Positions 55,557-64,000 of a stretch of 64,000 bases of DNA are shown one piece after another. The notes beneath the pieces are model-generated. The model saw only the letters and a list, made by a program, of their open reading frames with translations, was not told the origin of the DNA and did not search any database. Origin of the DNA: Squalus acanthias (taxonomy: Eukaryota). Each line of letters begins with the position of its first letter. The first letter of the stretch is position 1. A program made the translations under genes and the position numbers. The DNA is taken from positions 67,394,001-67,458,000 of the forward strand of contig CM059430.1 of the NCBI GenBank assembly GCA_030390025.1, given 5' to 3'.

Positions 55557-56505
55557 ATGGCAGGGCAGCTCACACCCGTGGAATGCACATCCTGTGCCAT
55601 GTGGGAAGTCCTGGACACCTCCCGTAGTCTGGACGACCACAAGTGCGGGAAGTGTCGTCAGCTACAGCTGCTCGAACACCGGGTTACGGAGCTTGAGTTG
55701 CGGCTGCAGTCACTGCTGTGCATCCGTGAAGCTGAGAGCTACGTGGATAGCATGTTTCGGGAGGCGATCACCCCGCAGCTTAAGAATGTGCAGGCAGAGA
55801 GGGCATGGGTGAGCGTCAGACAGAAGAGGAAGACCAGGCAGGTAGTGCAGGAGTCCCCTGAGCCCATCTTGCTCACCAACCAGTATTCGGTGTTGAGTAC
55901 TGGTGAGGTCGATGTTTCCTCTGGGGTGAGCAGCCAGGGCCAAGTCCACAGCACCATGGAAGGATCAGCTGCACATGCAGGGGGGAAGAGGAGAGGGGGA
56001 GAAATCGTGATAGGGGATTCAATAGTGGGGAGCAGACATGCATTTCTCCGGACGCAGACGTGACTCCAAGATGGTGTGTTGCCTCCCTGGTTCCAGGATC
56101 AAGGATGTCACTGAACGGCTGCAGGGCATTTTGTGGGGGGAGGGTGAACAGCCAGAGGTCGTGGTCCATATAGGTACCAACGACATAGGTAGGACGAGGG
56201 ATGAGGTCCTGCAGTCAGAGTTTAGGGAGCTAGGGAATAGGTTAAAAAGCAGGACCTCAAAGTTAGTAATCTCTGCATTACTAACAGTGCCACGTGCTAG
56301 TGAGTAGAGAAATAGGAAGATAGAGCAGATGAATGGGTGGCTGGGGAGATGGTGTAGGAGGGAGGGCTTTAGATTCCTGAGGAATTGGAACCGTATCTGT
56401 GGGAGGTGGGACTTCTACAAGCCAGACGGGGTGCACCTCAACGGGAACGGGACAAATATCATCGCGGGAGGGCTTGCTAGTGCTGTTGGGGAGGGTTTAA
56501 ACTAG
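55557..56505 (+). pseudogene. CR1 ORF1: Cys-rich/coiled-coil N-terminus plus SGNH esterase domain, disrupted
   Basis: CTSC..CGKC, leucine heptads, VIGDSIV, VVHIGTND, DGVHL; frameshift near 56030 and stop at 56305-07. Confidence 0.85.
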
Positions 56506-57166
56506 CTTGGCAGGGGGATGGGAACATAAGTATAGAGTCAATAGCGAGGGAAGAAAAACTGGAATTGGAAAACAAAAACGTAGTAAGTAAATTGGAAGGA
56601 CAGAGGAATCAGGGGCCAGATAGTAGTCAACAAGGAGGTTTGCCTGTACTAAATGGTATATACTTCAATGCAAGGAGTATACCGAACAAGGTAGGTGAGC
56701 TGAGGGCACAGGTAGATACTTGTGACTATGATATTATAGCTATTACAGAGACGTGGCTGAAAGGGGGGCAGGTATGACAGCTAAACATTCCTGGTTACAG
56801 GATTTTCAGACGGGATAGAGAGGGAGGTAAAAAGAAAGGGGCGTCATGGTATTGATTAAATAAACTTTTACAACTGTGAGGAGGGATGACATTTTGGGGG
56901 GATCATCAAACGAGGCCATATTGGTCGAATTGAAAAACAAAAAAGGGGCGGTGACACTGCTGGGAGTGTACTACAGACCCCCAAACATTGAGAGGGAGAT
57001 AGAAGCACAAATATGTAGACACATTTCTGAGAAGTGGAAAAGCTATAGGGCAGTAATAGTAGGGGATTTAAACTACCCCAATATTAATTGGGATAAAATT
57101 AGTGTGATCGATATCGTGGGTGCGGAATTCCTAAAATGCATCCAGGAGAACTTTTTTAGCCATTAT

Positions 57167-57912
57167 TGGCCCAGAAATTGATCTCGCTCTGTTCCCGCGG
57201 GGGTAAGCCTTCCCCGCGGTGTCTCACCTCGCTTGTGCTTTTTCAGATCCAGCTCGCACGAACTTGATGTTCCAGACATCAGCTATGCTGGGCTTGTGTA
57301 TCCCAGCGGCGTAGTGAATTCGTGCGAGCTGTGGGATCACGTGACTCAGTTAGAGCCAATGGCAGCACACCATCTTCCATTCATAAGTTTCACAGACCTG
57401 CTGTGAAATCTATGAATCTTACACCCCCCCAAAATAACAGATAAACCTCAATTAAATTTTTTAAAAAAACCATCACATTAATAAAATAAGTATAGTTAAT
57501 TAAATTAACCATTTTAAATAAAAAATTAAATTTTTGAAAACATTTAAAATCTTTTAAAAAGTTATAAAAATAAACTTACCTGTCTTTAAAGTCTCTAAAA
57601 AAGATATACCTGTAAAAAATTATTCAAAAAGATACTTAATTCACTACTTACCTTCTTAAAAGCGGGTCTTACTCCTCCTTTTTACATTTCCAAAATCTTC
57701 CCTACTTACCTGCGCGTCCAAAGCATGAAGTGGACAGCGTGCGCGCAGCCTGTAGCGCGCACGCGATGCACCCAGGACCCGCCCCCTTTTCAGAAGAGCA
57801 ATTGCCGGTTTTCAGCGCATGCGCAGGGCATGCAGAAAACCGGCAATTGGAGTGGGAATACGCGAGAGTACGCACTGCGTACTCTCGCGTCCCGGGATCA
57901 ATTTTCGGCCCA
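57167..57912. mobile_element. 746-bp non-autonomous DNA transposon (MITE-like)
   Basis: 20-bp TIRs matching 16/20 (TGGCCCAGAAATTGATCTCG vs reverse complement TGGGCCGAAAATTGATCCCG), flanked by TTAT. Removal restores CR1 ORF2 (FFSHYVASPTR). Confidence 0.88.
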
Positions 57913-60324
57913 TTATGTCGCAAGCCCAACAAGGGAGGGGGCGATTCTGAGCTTAGTTTTAGGGACTGAAGCTGGGCAGGTAGAAGACGTATCAGTGGAG
58001 GACCATTTTGGTGCTAATTACGATAATTCTGTTAGATTTAAGATAGTTATGGAAAAGGACAAGAATAGACCAGGAATAAAAATTCTAAATTGGGGAAAGC
58101 AAATTTTGCTTAGCTCAGAGGGGATTTATCCATAATGGACTGGAAACAGCTACTTGAAGGTAAATCAGTGTCAGAGCAGCGGGAGGCATTCAAGGATGAG
58201 ATCCGGAGGGTTCAGACCAAATATGTGCCCTTAAAAAAAAATGTGAGACTAACAAATCTAGAACCACCTGGATGTCTAGAGACATACAGGGTAGGATAAA
58301 GAAAAAAAGGGTGGCGAATGACAGATACCGAGGGCTAAATACTCCAGTATCCTTAGAGGAGTACAGAAAGTGCAGGGGTGCAATTAAAAAGGATATTAGG
58401 AAAGCAAAGAAGAGACCATGAAAAATTCTTGGCAAGTAAAATCAAGGAAAAACCCAAAGATGTTTTATAAATATGTTAAGAGTAAGAGGATAACTAAAGA
58501 GTGGGTAGGGCCTATTAGAAATCATGACGGTAATCTGTGTGTGGAGGCAGGAGACGTCGGTAAGGTTCTTAATGAATACTTTGTGTCTGCTTTCACAAGG
58601 AAGAGAGGTGAAGCAGACTTTGTTATCAGGGTCGGAGGAGTGTGAAATTTTAGATGAAATAAACATAGTGAGATAGTAAGTATTAAGGGGTTAAGCAGCT
58701 GTAAAAGTGGATAAATCCCCAGGCTCGGATGAAATGTATCCCAGGCTATTAAGAAAAGCAAAAGAGGAAATAGCAGAGGCCCTGACCTTCACTTTTCAAT
58801 CCTCTCTGGTTTCAGGTGTGGTGCTGGAGGACTGGAGGACTGCTAATGTGGTACACTTCTTTAAAAAGGGAGAAAAGGATGGACTGAGTAATTACAGGCC
58901 AGTCAGACTAATCTCGGTGGTGGGAAAATTATTGTAAAGAATTCTGAAGGACAGGATAAATCTTCATTTTGAAAGACACGGATTAATCAAGGATAGTCAG
59001 CACGGATCTGTTAAGGGAAGGTCCTGTCTGACAAACTTGATTGGATTTTTTGAGGAGGTAACAAGGAGGGTAGATGAGGGTAGTGCGTTTGATGTAATGT
59101 ATAGGGACTTTAGCAAGGCTTTTGATAAGGTTCCGCATGGCAGACTGGTCACAAAGTTAAAAGCCCATGGGATCCAGGGCAAAGTGGCAAGTTGGATTGA
59201 AAACTGGCTCGGAGACAGGAAGCAGAGGGTATTGGTTGATGGGTGTTTTTGAGAATGGAAGGCTGATTCCAGAAAGCTTCCGCAGGGCTCAGTATTAGTT
59301 CCCTTGCTTTTTGTGGTATATATCAATGATCTAGACTTGAATATAGGGGGTATGATTAAGAAGTTTGCAGATGATACTAAAATCGGCTGTGTGTTTGATA
59401 CTGAAGAAGGAAGCAGTAGACTGCAGGAAGATATCAGTAAATTCGTCAGGTGGGCAGAACAGTGGCCAATGGAATTCCATCCGGAGAATTGTAAGGTAAT
59501 GCATTTGGGTGGGGGGTAACAAGGAAAGGGAATACACATTAAATGGTAGGACACTGAGTAGTGTAGAGGAATAAAGGGACCTTGGAGTGCATGCCCACAG
59601 ATAACTGAAGGTAGCAGGCAAGGTAGATAAGGTGATTAAGAAGGCATAAGGAAAGCTTGAATTTATTAGCAATGGCATGGAGTGCAGGAGCAGGGGGGTT
59701 ATGCTTCAGCTGTATAAAACACTAGTTAGGCCTCAGCTAGGGTACTGCGTGCAGTTCTGATCACCACATTACAGGAAAGATGTGATTGCACTGGAGAGGG
59801 TCCAGAGCAGAGTTACAAGGATGTTGCTGGGAGTAGAGAATCTTAGCTATGAGGAAAGACTGGACAGGCTGAGTCTGCTTTCCTCGAAACAGAGGAGGCT
59901 GAGGGGAGACCTTATTGAGGTGTGTAAAATTATGAGGGGCATAGATAAAGTGGATAGAAAAGACCGGTTTCCATTAGCAGAAGGGTCAAACACCAGGGGG
60001 CACAGATTTAAAATAATTAGTGGAAGGTTTCGAGGAGAGTTGAGGGGAAATTTCTTCACCCAGAAGGTTGTGGGTGTCTGGAAAACACTGGCTGAAAGGG
60101 TGGTAGAGGCAGAAAACCTAATTACATTTAAAAGTACTTCGATGTGCACTTGGGATGCTCTAACCTGCAGGTCTACGGACCAAGAGCTGGGAAGTCGGAT
60201 TAGGCTGATAGCTCTTTGTTGGCCAGTGCGAACACGATTTGCCGAAATGGCCTCCTTCCGTGCTGTAACTTTCTATGATTCTAACTGATATATACTTACA
60301 TCATGTTAGAAATAAAAAATATTT

Positions 60325-63272
60325 TAATTTATACTGCGCTCTTAGCGACCTCAAGACTTCCCAAAGAGATTCACAGCCAATGATTTGCTTTCGAAGTATA
60401 GTTACTGTTGAGGCATTAAACGGGAAGTGAGAGACGCGTGCAATAAGGGCACAGCAGTTATCATGGGTGACTTTAATCGACATATAGATTGGGCTAACCG
60501 AAATAGTAACAAAACTGTGGAGGAGGAATTCCTAGAGTGCATACGGGATGGTTTCCTGGACCAATATGTCGAGGAACCAACTAGAGATCAGGCCATCTTA
60601 GACTTGGTATTATGGAATGAGAAAGGATTAATTAGCAATCTTGTTGTTCGAGGCCCCTTGGGGAGGAGCGATCATAATATGATAGAATTCTTCATTAAGA
60701 TGGAGAGTGAAGTAGTTGACTCAGAGACTAGGGATCTGAATTTAAATAAAGGAAACTACGATGGTATGAGGCGCAAATTGGCTAGGCTGGATTGGGGAAC
60801 GTTACTTAAAGGGTTGACGGTGGATAGGCAATGACAAACATTTAAAGATCACATGGATGAACTACAGAATTTGTTCATCCCTGTTTGGCATAAAAATGAA
60901 ACAAAAAAGGTGACTCAACCGTGGCTAACAAGGGAAATTAGGGATAGCATAAGATTCAAGGAGAGGACATATTAATTGGCCAGAAAAAGCAGCAAACCTG
61001 AGGATTGGGAGCAGTTTAGGATTCAGCAAAGGAGGAAAAGGAATTAATTAAGAGGGGGAAAATAAAATATGAGAGTAAGCTTTCAGGGAACATAAAAACT
61101 GAATGTAAAAGCTTCTATAGATATGTGAAGAGAAAAAGATTGGCGAAGTAAAGCGTAGGTCCCTTGCAGTCAGAATCAGGGGAATTTATAATGGGGAACA
61201 AAGAAATGGCTGAACAATTAAATACATACTTTGGTTCTGTCTTCACAAAGGAGGACACAAATAACCTCCCAGAGATGTCGGGGAACATAGGGTATAATGA
61301 GAGGGAAGAACTGAATGAAATCAGTATTTGTAGGGAAATGGTTTTTGGGAAATTGACTGGATTGAAGGCCGATAAATCCCAAGGGCCTGATAATCTACAT
61401 CCTAGGGTAATTAAGGAAGTGACCCTAGAAATAGTAGATGCATTGCTGGTCATCTTTCAAAATTCTATAGACTCTGGAACAGTTCCCATGGATTGGAGGG
61501 TAGCTAATGTAACCCCACTATTGAAAAAAGTTGGGAGAGAGAAAACGGGGAATTATAGCCTGACATCGGTAGTGGGGAAAATGCTAGAGTCCATTATAAA
61601 AGATGTAATAGCAGAGCACGTGGAAAACAGTGACAGGATCGGATAAAGTCAACATGGATTTACAAAAGGTAAATCATGCTTGACTAATCTACTGGAATTT
61701 TTTGAGGATGTAACTGGTAGAATAGATAAGGGAGAACCAGTGGATGTGGTGTATTTGGACTTTCAGTAGGCTTTAGATAAGGTCCCGCATAAGAGATTAG
61801 CTTGCAAAGTTAAAGCACATGGGATTGGGGGTAAGGTACTGAATTGGATAGAGAACTGGTTGGCAGACAGGAAGCAAAGAATTGGAACAAACGGGTCTTT
61901 TTCCGAGTGGCAGGCAGTGACTAGTGGGGTACCGCAGGGATCGGTGCTAGGACCTCAGTGATTTACAATATATATTAATGATCTAGACGAGGGATCTAGA
62001 TGTAAAATCTCCAAGTTTGAAGACGACACAAAGCTGGGTTGGCATGTGTGTTGTGAGGAGAATGCAGAGAAACTCCTGTATGATTTGGACAAGTTGGATG
62101 ATTGGGCAGATGCATGGCAGATGCAGTATAATGTGGATAAATGCGAGGTTATCCACTCTGGTGGCAAAAACAGGCAGGCAGATTATTACCTGAACGGCAA
62201 TAGATTGGAAAAGGGGAAGTTCAACAAGACCTGGGTGTCCTTGTGCACCAGTCGCTGAAGGTAAGCATGCAGGTGCAGCAGGTGGTTAAGAAGGCAAATG
62301 GTATGTTGGCCTTCATAGCGAGAGTTTTTGAGTACAGGAGCAAGGATGTCTTGCTGCAGTTGTACCGGGCCTTGGTGAGACCACACCTTGAGTATTGTGT
62401 GCAGTTTTCGGCGCCTTATCTGAGGAAGGATGTTCTTGCCATGGAGTGATTGCAGCGAAGGTTCACCAGACTGATACCTGGGATGGCAGGAATGACGTAT
62501 GAAGAGAGATTGGGATGATTGGGCTTTTCGCTAGAGTTTAGAAGAATGAGATTGGGTACTCATTGAAACTTATAAAATTCTAACAGGACTAGCCAGACTA
62601 GTTGCAGGAAGGATGTTCCCGATGGTGGGGGAGTCCAGAACCAGGAGTCACAGTCTAAGGATAAGGGGTAAGCCATTTAGGACTGAGATGAGGAGGAATT
62701 TCGTCACCCAGAGAGTGGTGAACCTGTGGAATTCTCTACCACAGAAGGCAGTTGTGGCCAATTCATTAAATATATTCAAGAAGGAGTTAGATATATTTCT
62801 TAAGGCAAAGGGATCAAGGGATATGGGGAGAAAGCAGGGAACGGGTACTGAATTTGGATGATCAGACATGATCTCATTAAATGGGGGAGCAACCTTGAGG
62901 GTACGAAAGGCCTACTCCTGCACCTATCTTCTATGTTTCTATGTTTCTATGTTGGACACCACTGCAGCCAATTTGCACACAGAGAGTTCACAAAAATAGC
63001 AAAGAGATAAATGACCAGATAATCTGTTTTAACGATGTTGGTTGAGGGATAAATTATGGCACCGGCGATATCTCGCCAGCTTAAATCATGTCATCTGATC
63101 TTTTACGTCCACTTGTTTAGGCAAATGGGGCCTCCCTTTAACATCTCATCAGTAGTATCGTACCCACGACATGCTGCACTCCCTCAGAACTACACTGACA
63201 CATCAGTCTAGATGATGTGCTCTAGTCTCTGAATTGGGCCTCGGACCCATTATCTTCTGATTCAGAGACGAG
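60325..63272 (-). mobile_element. DeuSINE-like (SacSINE1-like) SINE split into 60325-60410 and 62952-63272
   Basis: CCCAAAG..CACAGCCAATGA..ACTGTTG continues after the CR1 as GCAGCCAATTTGCACACAG..GACCAGATAATCTG..GATCTTTTACGTCCAC..GCACTCCCTCAG, matching the recalled consensus. Confidence 0.7.
60411..62951 (+). mobile_element. 5'-truncated decayed CR1 LINE
   Basis: MGDFNRHIDW..EPTRDQAILDLV..SDHN endonuclease end, RT fragments, (TTTCTATG)3 tail. Confidence 0.95.
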
Positions 63273-64000
63273 GTCATGTGCGAGGCAACTTGCAAACAAC
63301 ACTCACCTTAATGATACATTGAAGTCTGATGCTAGACACAAGGCTTGCTCATACACCAGCTAGTTAATATAACCGGTAATGTGATGGGTAATGCGATACA
63401 GAGTTTGACTGCCCTTCCAGTTACTCAAACACATGTCATTATAGGGCAGAGCCCTGACATGCCGCAGCCGTTTTCCCTTTTGTTTCAAAACTCATCTCAC
63501 GACATGGCCCTTGGTCAAGCATATTGGGCACACTAACATTTATTTGGCATGCCCATGAATTCTGAACAAGATGCATAATCATTTGAACACTTCTGCTTAC
63601 CAACATCCGGAGATTTTTGTGCAACCAGAATCAGTTAGCCCTCCGGACTCTAAGGAAATGGTTTAAGGCAATTGAACCGCGTACACCATATTTCCCCCCA
63701 ATAACCATATTGGGAGTCCTCTTTTGAGTCTTGCAAAGCCATCGTACTGCACCCTGTACAATGACCAACATATTACACTGCTTATTCTCTTGTTCTAGAC
63801 TACGTACAATATCCCTTGAGGTTCTCTTCAACTCCCACCAGAAAGTGTTGCACTCTCGGGATTACGCCGCAATTTGCTGCAATATCATTAACTGGGCAGC
63901 GATGTCAATGTCGCACCTAGAACCTTATTGACATCCTGCCCAGTTCGCCAACAACATGGCCCAATAAAAAGCTGAAAACAGTGAACAGTGGCCATAACTC

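Larger units (their letters stand above)
55536..60283 (+). mobile_element. Near-full-length decayed CR1 LINE (ORF1 + ORF2), interrupted by a TIR element
   Basis: ORF2 APE endonuclease motifs (FNARSI, ITETWL, YYRPP, GDLNYP) and RT motifs (NYRPV, FSKAFDKVPH, KFADDTKI); TTCTATGATTCTA tail; many stops. Confidence 0.96.

Noticed and set aside
55508-60290. CTAACAGAT/CTAACTGAT as TSD of the long CR1
   Set aside because: Imperfect, overlaps the tail, and the 5' boundary is uncertain.
63345-63931. Short ORFs at the window end
   Set aside because: No motif I can support; possibly very old repeat debris.

Overview
Vertebrate genomic DNA, most likely a cartilaginous fish (inferred from the CR1, DeuSINE-like and Penelope-like repeat content). 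Bases 1-35373 are one tandem satellite of a 39-bp monomer (GTGGGCTGGAGATTACACTACCCACCCAACACAGTGAGT) and a 43-bp variant with an extra GAGT. It holds roughly 850 monomers (estimate), shows kb-scale higher-order repeats and contains a 200-N gap; all ORFs there are repeat artefacts. About 2 kb downstream is the only host gene (37422-44744, +), a 7-exon immunoglobulin-superfamily receptor: leader, germline-joined VJ-type V domain, C1 domain, TM, and a SIRP-alpha-like ITIM/ITSM tail. Its tail appears disrupted by a 1-nt frame problem at the end of the TM exon and an in-frame TGA in a tail exon. The remainder is decayed and nested transposable elements: five long CR1 copies, an older LINE split by two of them, a 746-bp TIR element inside a near-full-length CR1, a DeuSINE-like SINE split by a CR1, and a Penelope-like end with a minimal hammerhead motif. 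Repeat family names come from recall of consensus sequences, not from a database search.
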